Shown: one piece after another, positions 11,891 to 21,928 of the stretch
Layout: each line of letters opens with the position of its first letter
How positions within the stretch are numbered: the first letter of the stretch is position 1
NCBI GenBank assembly: GCA_965237955.1
Contig: OZ250169.1
Span: 6,688,001-6,752,000 of the forward strand
DNA: 64,000 nucleotides
Source of the DNA: Candidatus Marinacidobacterales bacterium
GTDB lineage: Bacteria; Acidobacteriota; Vicinamibacteria; Marinacidobacterales; SMYC01
Direction: 5' to 3'
Made by a program: the position numbers and the translations under genes
Notes under the pieces: generated by a model
Databases searched by the model: none
Told to the model about the DNA's origin: nothing
What the model saw: the letters and a program-made list of their open reading frames with translations, nothing else

Positions 11891-12361
11891 GTGGCGAAGA
11901 AGAAGACCAAAAAGACGACGAAGAGGAAAAAGGCGCCTGCCAAGAAGTCCGTCAAGGCTGCCAAGAAAGCGCGCGGCGCAAGAAAGCCTCGCGATCACAC
12001 GACCGAGATCGTTTTCTCCTACGCCGAAATCGATTTTCTGCGGAAGATCACGGGCAGGGACGTCGACGCGTCATCACCCAAAGGGCGCCGCGCGCGGCTA
12101 TCCCTTCGGGACAAGTTGCTCGATATCAACTTCGGTGTACCGACTGCGGGTGGCGGCGGGCTCATCGTCCTCGTGCTGTTGCGCCCCGAAGTCGACTTCT
12201 TGCAGCGCATCACCAAGGAAGTCTATAGCTTCATCACCGCGGAAGAACGGCGCGCGCGTTTGATCCTGCGCGAGAAAATCCTCATCGCCGTAGAAAAAGT
12301 CACGGGCAAGAAGATCCGCACTACTGTTCCACAAACCTACAGAAATCCGGTTCGTAGCTGA
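11891..12361 (+). CDS. Hypothetical basic protein with histone H1-like Lys-rich tail and an internal duplicated motif
   Basis: KKKTKKTTKRKKAPAKKSVKAAKK tail; repeat EIDFLRKIT...RRARLSLRDKLL and EVDFLQRIT...RRARLILREKIL. Confidence 0.7.
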   Translation: MAKKKTKKTTKRKKAPAKKSVKAAKKARGARKPRDHTTEIVFSYAEIDFLRKITGRDVDASSPKGRRARLSLRDKLLDINFGVPTAGGGGLIVLVLLRPEVDFLQRITKEVYSFITAEERRARLILREKILIAVEKVTGKKIRTTVPQTYRNPVRS

Positions 12362-12987
12362 ACGTCACGACCGTCGAGCTTTCGTTGCCGGCCTGCAACA
12401 CTTCGAGCTCGACGCCACCAGTGGTGGATTCGCGGAAGACCGCGGCTAGATCGGCATCGCGCGATGCCAGAAGCGTCGGGTCCGTCGCCGCCGCGAGGAT
12501 CAACACGTCGAGCTGGTCGGCAAGACTCTTCAGTTGCGAGACGACCTTCCCGGCGCCACCGTCACGCGCCACTTTCTCGAGCAAGTCGATGACGACGAGG
12601 CACGAAGACTCGGCGTCAGCGTCGAGGAGCTTTTTGACGAGCTCTCGTACCAGGGCGAGCTCGAGCTCATCCTCGACCTCGAACACGAAAACGCGTTTGA
12701 GCCACGAGGACGCTTTGCGACCTTCAGCATCGATTCGCTTCCAATCCGAGGAATCTTTCTTGACTCTTCCCTTTTCGAGCTCCTGCAGGGAAACACCGGC
12801 AAGCCGCGACAACGTTCTGAGCCTCAACGCCGACTTGGGAAGCTCGCTCGCGATATAGAGGCATCGCAGCTCGCCTCCGCTCGCGAATTGGTCGGTGATC
12901 TGCTTCATGAAGTTGAACAAGCGCTCTCGATCTTCGTCGACGAGAAGCATGAGGCCAGGGCTGAGCCCTCCCAATCCCTCATCGAGC
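12321..12987 (-). pseudogene. 5'-truncated DnaB C-terminal/RecA-fold protein with degenerate Walker A
   Basis: LDEGLGGLSPGLMLL, LVVIDLL and LKSLADQLDVLIL resemble DnaB helicase motifs; its 5' end abuts the broken transposase. Confidence 0.6.
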
Positions 12988-14066
12988 CGGACAGCTTCTT
13001 GTGGTTCACCCGCAACGAGAAGCCGAGCTGTTTGAGCAGTCGACCGACGGTTTTGCTGCTGACGTTCACACCGAGGCTTCTTAGCTCGCAAGCAATCTTG
13101 TCGGTGGTCCGCCGCGTCCATTTCACTCCCGTCATCGGATCGCCCGCGGTGTCGTGCTTCATGAGTTCTTCGATCTTGGCGATGACTTCTGGCGTTTTTT
13201 TGCACGGCGCGCCGTCCGCCACCCTTTCGCCGAACTCCGTCGAGCTCAACATCTCTCATTAGCAATTCCCTACGACCTCTGGCTACCGTGCTCGGATCCA
13301 TCCCGAGCAGTTCGGCAATCTGTTGGTCGCCACCGTGACCGAGCTTCATGGCCTCGACTCCCGCGTAGAGACGGCGCTGCTTTTCATCGAGCAGGCTGTA
13401 GAAAAGAACGATCGCAGCCTTCAACTCCACGGGGAGCACGCGGACTCCCCCGACCCAGCCCAACGTGGAAGGTGACGCCTCATGTACCTGGCGGGCCGAG
13501 AGCTGTTGCTTGCGCGTGCTCACATCGGTGGCCAGATACAGATATCGGCCGAACACCTGCTCGCGCGCCAATCTTTTCTCTCGGACCAGTTTCAACAGAG
13601 GAGCCTTGACGTCAACCTGCACCACGTCCTCGAGCTCGTCGACGTAGTAGCCTGCCTCACAGGCCGCGACCAACGCTTTTACCGTCGCAAGCAACGTCCC
13701 GTACTTCGAGAACCACACTGAGCGCAACGACCAAAGACCTTTTCGATCGAACTGGGCGATCTCGTCCAACGTGTAGTAGCTACCACGGTGGGAGTAGCTT
13801 GTCCGATACGCCAACTCATTGAGCTTTCGGAAGACGGTCGAGTCCACATCGGTACCCAACACTGCCTTCAAATCATCGAGGGTAGCTATTTTGTGCTTCC
13901 TCAACAGGCGGTCGAGATCTTCAGACTGATAGCTCGTAGGTCTCATAATAGGAGAAGTGCTCCTTGATAGGCGTAATCCTCCCTAAAATGAGGACCGTTT
14001 GTCAAACACGCGCTGGTTGCTGAAGATCTACAAATGTTCCGTTTCTAGGGAGCTTGCCAGGCTCTC
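12988..14066 (-). mobile_element. Truncated ISAzo13-family insertion sequence (N-terminal ORF plus start of the -1 frame transposase; DDE domain lost)
   Basis: ORF from 13946 contains LDEKQRRLYAG...TVARGRREL...RRKGGGR; the -1 frame continues with TAGDPMTGVKWTRRT...TVGRLLKQLGFSLRVNHK. A7 slippery run at 13195-13201; lower GC. The outer end near 14066 is tentative. Confidence 0.8.
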
Positions 14067-14220
14067 GTGATGCCAGACGACATCGCGATCACGACCTGAA
14101 ACAGGAAGAGTGTGCTCAAAACTAGACAGTTATTTTGTCGGCGGCCCTTAGGGCCGTGCTTCGAAGATATAACTGGGGTATACTTGGCTGTTAAATCTTG
14201 CAAAATCAAGGCACTAGGCC

Positions 14221-16813
14221 ATGGAGCTCAGCAAGAAAAGCGAGTTGACGCTAGGTTCTGCCTCGTACGTGATCAACACCGAGCTGGCCGGCGACGAGTC
14301 GCAGTCCATCCGCACCCAGGTGCTCGGCTCCGACGGCTCCGTTGCATTCGAAACGTCGCAGGATATCTCTGCCCTGAGACCTATCTTCCAAAACAGCCAG
14401 AAGGTGTTCGCGGTCTGGAAGCGCAGCATCAAAACGTGATCAAAGAGCTGAAGCAAGGCCGTCTGGGCGACTCGCAAAACGCTGAGCCGCCAGCCGCGGA
14501 GCTCAGCGCGTGCGATCGCGAAACCGATGCGCTCGAGCATGCTGTGTCGCTCCTGGGCGGTGGCAACTTCGAAAAGGCGACCTCGACCTCAGAGCGGTGC
14601 TCGAGACGTACCCGAATTGCAGTGAAGCACGCGAGCTTCTCGAAGTGGCTTACAAAGCGTCGTCCGATACCGGTCTTCCGGTCGATCTCGTCGAAGCGCT
14701 GAGACGTGGTACGGAAGCTTTCGCCGCTGGACGCCAGAGAGATGCGATCGACAGCTGGAAGCAGTGTCTCATCAAGGAGCCGGGTAATCGATTGCTCCAG
14801 CTGCTCGTCATGCTCGCGACGACATGGTCCCAAGAGAGGCGGCAATACTACGCCCACGAAGTCCTCGCGGCCGGAAGCACGTCGCTGAGCGCGGGACGGC
14901 CCGAAGAAGCTCAAGCACTTTTGCTGATCGCGCAAACCGTCGATAGCGAGCAATCTCCGGCGATGCCGCCGACGCTTATGACACCCGCGCCGGCTCCCCC
15001 GCCGTCCGCTCCTCGGCCACCGATCGGCGACGTGGCCGCGAACCTGGAATCGCTCGTTCCCGACGTATCGGAGACCGTCGTCGTGACGAGCGACACCCCG
15101 ACAATGGGCAGGCCTTCGAGCGACGACGCTCCCGCGGTAATGGAAACAACTCAACCGGAACCGGCCGCCCCATCGCCGCCCGAAATTTCGGTCGTGCCCG
15201 AGATTTCAGTCATAGATGACGCACCCGAGTCCCCGCATAAAGCCGCACCCAACCCGCCCCCAATATTCGGAGACCCCGAGCCCGCTGTGCAGGCTGTGGA
15301 GGCACCACCAGCGGAAGACACCTCGGTGACGATGCCACCGGAATCGCCGCGCCCAGCGACACGGCGTCCGATGGGACGCGCCAAGAGCCGGTCGGTACCA
15401 TGGCCGCTGATTGGCGGCGGCGTTGCCGCACTGCTCGTTATCGGAATCGCGGTGGCGTGGTTCCTCTCCGGAGGAAACGCGGTTCCGCAGGACCGTCTCG
15501 AACAAGAGGCTAACTTCGTTGGCAACGGTGAGTACGCGCAGGCTATCGCCGCGTACGATGGGCTGATCAGTGAGTTCGGAGACCACGCGGAGACCTATCT
15601 GGGACGAGGCCGCGCACGAGTCGCGTCAGGTGACACCGACGGCGGCCTCAGCGACCTGAGGCGCGCGCGCGACCTAGAGCCCGACGCGACCGCCATCGCC
15701 GAAGAGATCGGCGCCGTGTACTACTCCAGTGGCAACTACCGGGAAGCGATCGAGAACTATCAAAGAGCTTTCGAGAGCGGCTCCGGCAGCGCCGAAGGAA
15801 GGTACAGGCTTGCGGCGAGCTTCGTCGAACGCGATAACGGCGACGCGGCGCTCGAACATCTACGAGCGGCGATCACGGCCGACCCGGAGCACGGCGAAGC
15901 CCAGTTTCTCTACGGCGACCTTCTGAACGAGCGTGCCCGTTTTGTCGAAGCCGAGGGAGCGCTTCGCGCTGCCGAGCCACATGTCGAAGCCGGCAGTGAT
16001 TTTCTTTCGGAGCTCACGATCGCACTTCTCGGCCAGGAAAAGCTCGACGAAGCCGAGGAAGTGGCTCGCACGTTCCTCCGCAACTATCCATCGGATGCAC
16101 GCGCCCACTCTCTCCTCGGTGAGGTGTATTTGAGCCGGCGTCAGTACGAGCAGGCCCGCGCCCAGCTCATCCGGGCTTTGCGGACGGACCGCAACGAGCC
16201 CCGGGCACAAATCGCTCTCGGCCGAACATGGCTCGCCATTGGGAAAACTCGTGGTGATCAGGGGGATCTCGCCAAGGCGCGACAACTCCTGACGAGTGCA
16301 ACCGGGGTGCATGAGGGACAACGTCTGCTGGCGCTCGGGCAAGTTTCTCTCGCCGAAGGCGATTTGGAAGGGGCGGAGCGACTTTTGCGGCAATCACTCG
16401 AGCATGGAGCAGCGGAGCTTCCGGTGCATCTCTCGTTGGCGGAATCGAAAGCTCGTGGCGAAGACCTCGTGGGCGCCGCAGAAGAAATGCAACGAGCGTC
16501 GGGTTTGGCTCCTGAAGATCCAGCGATCTCGCTATCGCTCGCGATCGCTTATTCGCAGCTCGAAGAGGCCGACCGCGCGGCAGAGCAATTTCTGAAAAGC
16601 ATTCAAGGTATCGGGCTCGTGACCCCACCCGGCCCGGACGCAGGACCGGTCATGCTCCCGGCGCCGTACATTCCCTTGCCGGAGAGCTTTGATGTCAATC
16701 GCGCGATCCGAGACGCCTACCAACAAGTGCTGGAGACGCGCGAGAACGATCCGTCCGCGACCGAGCTCCGGACGCTCGCGGAGTCGACGACGTTCGTCCT
16801 CGGAACAGGGTAG
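14221..16813 (+). CDS. Membrane-anchored TPR-repeat protein, interrupted by two frameshifts (about 14410 and 14580)
   Basis: Three consecutive frames join sensibly (MELSKK... / LEAQHQNVIKELKQG... / DLRAVLETYP...); Pro-rich linker, one TM helix and many TPR repeats. Confidence 0.75.
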
Positions 16814-16821
16814 CTTTAAGC

Positions 16822-17607
16822 CTAACGCGCCCGCGCGCGACAGGCGCCGCGCTCGCTTCCGCGAATGAACGCGACGAGCGTTCCGACTAGCTCGTTCTGC
16901 AGACCCTCGAGAAGATCGAGAGCCTCCGCAAGCGACCGCTTCTCTCGATAGAGCATCCGGTATGCTTGCTTCAGCGCGCGAACATTTTCGTCGGACACAC
17001 CACCGCAGCGGAGGCCCACCGAGTTCAACCCCACCGCCCGCGCGGGCACCCCGTCCACGGTCATGAACGGCGGCACGTCGAGGTTGACTTTGGAGCCACC
17101 GCCCACCATAGCGAGCTCGCCGATCTTGGAGAATTGATGGATAGCGACGCCGCCCGAAATGAAAGCGTTCCGTCCAACGTGAATATGCCCCGCGAGCGCG
17201 GCGTAGCTCGCGATAATGGCGCCCTCACCGATGTCACAATCGTGGGCCACATGGCCATAGCACATGACGAAACACCCGCGCCCTATTCGCGTGGTGCCGT
17301 TTTTGTGGACGCTTCTGTGAATGGTGGCGAACTCGCGGATGACGCTGTCGTCCTCGACCACCGCAAAGCTCGAAACGTTTTTGAACTTCATGAACTTCAT
17401 GTCTTGGGGCGGACCTCCGAGCACGGCGCCTTCGTGAACCGTGACCCGAGATCCGAGGCGCAGGCCGGACTTCAAGACGACATGCGCGCCGATGCGAGTG
17501 CCTTCACCGACCTCGACGTCGTCCTCGACGATGACGTAGGGTCCGATCTCGACATCGGAGGCGATCCGTGCCTCAGGGCTCACGATGGCGGTGCGGTGGG
17601 TCGACAT
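16822..17607 (-). CDS. lpxA: Acyl-ACP--UDP-N-acetylglucosamine O-acyltransferase
   Basis: Hexapeptide repeats, PPQD, IREFATIHR, HVAHDC, AIHQF, DVPPF and GLNSVGL. Confidence 0.92.
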   Translation of the reverse strand: MSTHRTAIVSPEARIASDVEIGPYVIVEDDVEVGEGTRIGAHVVLKSGLRLGSRVTVHEGAVLGGPPQDMKFMKFKNVSSFAVVEDDSVIREFATIHRSVHKNGTTRIGRGCFVMCYGHVAHDCDIGEGAIIASYAALAGHIHVGRNAFISGGVAIHQFSKIGELAMVGGGSKVNLDVPPFMTVDGVPARAVGLNSVGLRCGGVSDENVRALKQAYRMLYREKRSLAEALDLLEGLQNELVGTLVAFIRGSERGACRARAR

Positions 17608-17617
17608 TGAGGGTCAT

Positions 17618-18859
17618 TCATGAACTGGTCGTGAACTCCCGGGCGATCTGTTCGATCTCCTCGTCTTCGAGCACACGATTCGACGCTTTCGCTTTTTCGA
17701 ACACGGTCCGGACCAGTTCATCGTCGACGGGGAAGCCGCGTGAGCTGAGCCAATACTGCACGTTGGAGAACCCGCTCATCGGGCCGACTTCGATGGTCTG
17801 CTCGAGCCCGAACTCCCCCGCGGGTACTCCGGAGTAGACACGGTCGGCAAGCCAGCTATCGTTTTTGTTCAATGCTTTGATCACTGCCGCAGCGTGCACA
17901 CCCGTCCCCGTTCGGAACGCATCCTCCCCCACGACTGGGTAGTTCGAGGGGATGGGAACACCTGTCGCCTCGGAGACGAGGTGACAATACTCGGCGATGC
18001 GGCTCAAGTCGTTGTCGATCCACCCGAGGAGCTTCAAGTTCACGAGAAGAATATCCATGGGCGTGTTACCGCAGCGTTCACCAATGCCGAGCGCGCACGC
18101 ATGGACGCGATCGACACCGGAACGTACGGCCGCGATGCTGTTCGGTATCGAGAGTCCACGGTCGCGGTGTCCGTGCCAATCGATCTTCACGTCCTCGCCG
18201 GTGTCGGCAACGACCTCCTTCATGAAGCTCACGAGCGCTGTCACCCCGGCAGGGGTCGCGTGGCCAACGGTGTCGGTAAGGACGACGCGACGAGCACCGC
18301 ACTCGATGGCGGTCGTGTAGAGCTTTCGGATCGTTTCCGGCCGCGCCCGGATCGTATCCTCGGTGACGTACATGTTGGGAAGACCATTTTCGACGGTGTA
18401 GCTCACCGCGTCGGCGGTGTGTTTGACGAGCCGGTCGAGCTCCCAGTTCTCCGCGTATTGGCGGATCGGGCTCGAGCCGATGAAGGTGGCCGCTTCAATC
18501 GCGATTCCCACTTTCTGCGATATCGCGACGATCGGCTCGATATCGGCTTCGAGCGTGCGCGCCGCGCAGTTCGGAGTGAGATCGAGTTTTTGATCGACGA
18601 TCTCTCGAGCTAGACGGGTCACATGCTTTTGTGCATGGGGGCCCGCCCCGGGAAGTCCGATGTTGACCGCGTGGATCGAAAGCGCCGCCATCAGGTGCAG
18701 CAGCTCGACCTTGTTCTCGATCGGGGGCGAAAGAACCGACGGGCTCTGGAGCCCGTCCCGTAGCGTTTCGTCGTCGAGCTCGATCGCCTGTGGCGGTTTC
18801 GCGCTCGCTGCCTCGTCGATGAGGTTCCAGTCGTAGATCAGATCGCTTTCGCGCGACAA
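17618..18859 (-). CDS. DRE-TIM Claisen-like synthase (2-isopropylmalate/homocitrate synthase family) lacking the regulatory domain
   Basis: DETLRDGLQ, DTVG, WHGH, GIGERCGN and GVHAAA motifs; 413 aa. Confidence 0.88.
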   Translation of the reverse strand: MSRESDLIYDWNLIDEAASAKPPQAIELDDETLRDGLQSPSVLSPPIENKVELLHLMAALSIHAVNIGLPGAGPHAQKHVTRLAREIVDQKLDLTPNCAARTLEADIEPIVAISQKVGIAIEAATFIGSSPIRQYAENWELDRLVKHTADAVSYTVENGLPNMYVTEDTIRARPETIRKLYTTAIECGARRVVLTDTVGHATPAGVTALVSFMKEVVADTGEDVKIDWHGHRDRGLSIPNSIAAVRSGVDRVHACALGIGERCGNTPMDILLVNLKLLGWIDNDLSRIAEYCHLVSEATGVPIPSNYPVVGEDAFRTGTGVHAAAVIKALNKNDSWLADRVYSGVPAGEFGLEQTIEVGPMSGFSNVQYWLSSRGFPVDDELVRTVFEKAKASNRVLEDEEIEQIAREFTTSS

Positions 18860-18875
18860 CCTGTGTCTCCTTGAG

Positions 18876-19409
18876 TCATTTCAAGGCTTCGCGTATCTGC
18901 TCGACGAGCCTCTCCTCGTTCAACTCCAACGCTTCATCTTCGCCAGCTTTCTGGTGTAACCAAGACAATGGTTTCGGCGGAGCATCCCCCCACTCGGCCG
19001 CTTCGTCATACACGACATACACGTCCCACGCCATCTTCGCGCGGATGCCTAGCGTGGGCGACAACGCCTCCCCCAGCGCCTGAGCACCATCCCAATAGTG
19101 GCGAGCGCGTTCGTCGGGGATGAGCATCATCGCGTTCTCGGTCGCCTCGAACCGATCGCTCTCAATCGCGGGAATCCATACGACGAAGACGTCGATCGGT
19201 TCGCCTTCGAGCTCTTCGAGAACACGTTGCACCACCCGGGCGCCGTAGCGGCAGTTGTGTCACGTGGGCGAGAGCACGGTGACGAAACGAACGCGCCCAT
19301 CGGCGGCGCGAAAATTGTCCAAGAAAGGTTGATGCTCGAGGTCGAGCCGCGCGATCGGTGACGGCGCGAGCCCGAGAAGTAACAGAGAAACGAGACCCGT
19401 ATTTTTCAT
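18876..19409 (-). CDS. Putative exported thioredoxin-fold selenoprotein (UxxC), 177 aa with TGA read-through
   Basis: Two same-frame ORFs are separated by a single TGA (19260-19262): RFVTVLSPT-U-HNC-RYGARVVQRVL. N-terminal signal peptide; hairpin directly after the TGA. Confidence 0.8.
19223..19259 (-). promoter_or_regulatory. Candidate bacterial SECIS element
   Basis: Immediately after TGA: CAC-AAC-TG-C-CGCTAC-[GGCGCCCGG]-GTGGTG-CA-AC-GTG can fold into a stem with an apical loop starting with G. Confidence 0.55.
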
Positions 19410-19432
19410 GACAGCGCTCACGTTACACGATT

Positions 19433-20611
19433 CTAACGCGCTTCGGAAGACGTTCGCACCGGCGCGGACACGACGTTGCCGGCAGCGCGAAGAACGAGCG
19501 TAGCCGGCGAGATCCGCTCGACCTCGACCTCGAGCGTTCCCGGAAGACCGTGGCTCAGCGAAACCGGAAAAGCGTCGGGCTCGTCGAGGGCGAGCTCCAC
19601 CCGGACGGTGCCGTTTTGGGGCTCTTTGCCGACGCGGTGCACCGTTGCCGGCACGCTTCCGTACTGCACCCACGAGAACCCCGAAAGGCGCAGCTTCGCT
19701 TGTTGGCCCGGCTGGATTCGTCCGAGCGCTCGTTCGGGGGCGAACTCCGCGACCACCCGAACCTCGCCCGACGGGATCACGGTACCGAGGTGGACGCCTT
19801 TTTCCACGAACTCCCCGACACGAAGGCTCAGCCGGTCCCCGATCCGGCCGGACACCGGGGCGCGGACCGTATGCAACGACAGGTCATACTCGAGACCATC
19901 CATGTTGGCGTGGAGCCGGCGGATGTTGGACTTCATCTCGGCCGCGCGGCCCTCTAGAGACACGACCTCCGCTTCCTTTTCGCTTATCTCGATACGGCGG
20001 TCACCCTCCATGCGCTCGAGAGACCGCCCCCGCGCCTCCGCAGCTTTCAGCTTCTGGCGGTGCTCGGTCTCGGCGGCGTCCGCTTCAGCTCGAGACACCA
20101 AGCCTTCTCGGTGGAGATTCTCTTTTCGTTCCGCTTCCTGCTCGGCGAACCGAGCGGACTCGAGCGCTTCCTGATGGAGCGCCTGGGACTCCTCCAGAGC
20201 CGCCTGGGCAGCATGTCGCGCATCGACGAGAGCTTGATCCTGCGCCACGATCTCGCGCTTTGCTTGTTCGAGCTGCTCCGCGAGTCCAGCGGCTTCGGCG
20301 CGCTTTTCTTCGAGCTGGAATCGAACTTCGTCGGCGTCGAGCTCGACGAGAACATCCCCTTCCTCGACCGCGCTGTCCAAATCCATCGCGCTCCGCAACA
20401 CGCGCCCGGAGACGAGACTCATCACCGCATGGGGCTCGCGCCCGACTTCGAGCCGAGCCTGATCGGAGACTTCGTAGAGCGCCACGCGAGCGAGAAAGAA
20501 CCACGCGACCCAACTCGCGAGCAGAAGAATCCCTACGACGATACCGACAAGACTCCAACGGAAGCGATCGGCTTCGAGCGAGCGAAGAGATCGGGAGAAA
20601 CTCGTGGGCAT
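19433..20611 (-). CDS. HlyD-family periplasmic adaptor protein
   Basis: N-terminal TM helix, lipoyl-like halves (VEEGDVLVEL, VRAPVSG), long coiled coil and beta-barrel. Confidence 0.9.
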   Translation of the reverse strand: MPTSFSRSLRSLEADRFRWSLVGIVVGILLLASWVAWFFLARVALYEVSDQARLEVGREPHAVMSLVSGRVLRSAMDLDSAVEEGDVLVELDADEVRFQLEEKRAEAAGLAEQLEQAKREIVAQDQALVDARHAAQAALEESQALHQEALESARFAEQEAERKENLHREGLVSRAEADAAETEHRQKLKAAEARGRSLERMEGDRRIEISEKEAEVVSLEGRAAEMKSNIRRLHANMDGLEYDLSLHTVRAPVSGRIGDRLSLRVGEFVEKGVHLGTVIPSGEVRVVAEFAPERALGRIQPGQQAKLRLSGFSWVQYGSVPATVHRVGKEPQNGTVRVELALDEPDAFPVSLSHGLPGTLEVEVERISPATLVLRAAGNVVSAPVRTSSEAR

Positions 20612-20625
20612 GTGGGGACTATGTT

Positions 20626-20782
20626 AGCAGTTCAGCATCCAGCATTCAGCATCCAGCATTCAGTTCACATCACGCCCTGCCCGTAAGTGGCGTGGCGCAT
20701 ATCGAGCACCGTTCTGCCGTCAAACGACGCACCCGTTACAAGCACAGAGCGAACTGAACTGAATGCTAAATGCTGGATGCTT
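20626..20782. repeat. Inverted pair of heptamer arrays (AGCATCC/AGCATTC)
   Basis: cagcatccagcattcagcatccagcattcagttca ... tgaactgaatgctaaatgctggatgct. Confidence 0.8.
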
Positions 20783-21689
20783 AAACTGGCGTCAGTTGAG
20801 GCGCTTCATGCGTAAGCGCCGTCAATTCCGCAAACAGCGCATCCATCGAGGCGGGTCGGTCCGACTTCTGTTTCGCGAGCATCCGGAGGACGAGGTCCTC
20901 GACGGCCGGCGAGACACGGATGAGCGGATTCGTCTCCGCTAGAGGCTTCGGCTCTTCGGTGAGGTGTTTGGCGAGATAGGCTTTCGAGGTTTTGGCCTCG
21001 AACGGTTTTGCTCCCGTCAGAAGCTCGTAGAACGTCACCCCGAGCGAGTAGATGTCGGTGCGACCGTCGAGGGTCTCGGAGTCGTCATCACCCGTGGGAG
21101 CGCAAATCTGCTCGGGGGCAACGTACTCGGCTTTGCCGACGAGCTTCATCGTTTGCGTAATCTTGCGTGCGTCGGGCGACATGCTCTTGGCGATTCCGAA
21201 GTCGATGACCTTCACAATCTCTTGACCGTTTTCCGGCACCATCAAGATATTGTCGGGAGAGATATCACGATGCACAACGCCGAGCTTGTGAGCCTCGACG
21301 AGCCCGAGTGCGACCTGCTGAACGACACGGATGGCCTCGGCCGTGGGAATCCAACCGTTTCGACGTAAGCGCTGCCGCAAGCTCTCGCCTTCGAGATACT
21401 CCATAACGAGGAAAAAGAGCTCGTTACCCACGGTGCCGAACTCGTGAAGCAGCACGAGATGCTTGTGGCGCAAACGAACCATGATTTGGGCTTCGCGTTG
21501 GAACCGCGCGATGCATTCCTGGCGCTCGCGAAGCTCTGTCCGCAGAAACTTGATGGCGCGCACTTCGTCGAGCAGGGAGTGGCGAGCCTTGTAGACCTTC
21601 GCCATGCCTCCTTTGCCGATGAGCTCGAGGATCACGTACTCCCGCAGCAAACGCTTACCAACGAGCGGATCCTTTTTCGGCGGACTCAT
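20781..21689 (-). CDS. Hanks-type Ser/Thr protein kinase (kinase domain only)
   Basis: GKGGMAKVY, AIK, HRDISPDN, DFG, YVAPE and DIYSLG motifs. Confidence 0.93.
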   Translation of the reverse strand: MSPPKKDPLVGKRLLREYVILELIGKGGMAKVYKARHSLLDEVRAIKFLRTELRERQECIARFQREAQIMVRLRHKHLVLLHEFGTVGNELFFLVMEYLEGESLRQRLRRNGWIPTAEAIRVVQQVALGLVEAHKLGVVHRDISPDNILMVPENGQEIVKVIDFGIAKSMSPDARKITQTMKLVGKAEYVAPEQICAPTGDDDSETLDGRTDIYSLGVTFYELLTGAKPFEAKTSKAYLAKHLTEEPKPLAETNPLIRVSPAVEDLVLRMLAKQKSDRPASMDALFAELTALTHEAPQLTPV

Positions 21690-21928
21690 GACAAAAACCC
21701 GATGGCATAATGAAGCAAGATTCGTTCCGCTGCCTCCACCGAGAGCTTGTCGCCTAACTCGCCGCAACACAGAACTTAGAGCTCAGAGACACCGTACCTT
21801 GGGTCTGCGAGTCATACTCTCCACCCGCGGACGTAGTGGAAGGCCCACACGCTAGGGGTGTTTTCCGTCAGCGCTCCAAATCATTGACGACAACCGATCG
21901 TGCCGGTATGCTGTCGGCCGAAGACATC

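Noticed and set aside
12321-13946. 541-aa ORF as a genuine novel fusion protein
   Set aside because: It is an IS ORF running through out-of-frame transposase sequence into a truncated DnaB-like gene; the middle is non-protein-like.
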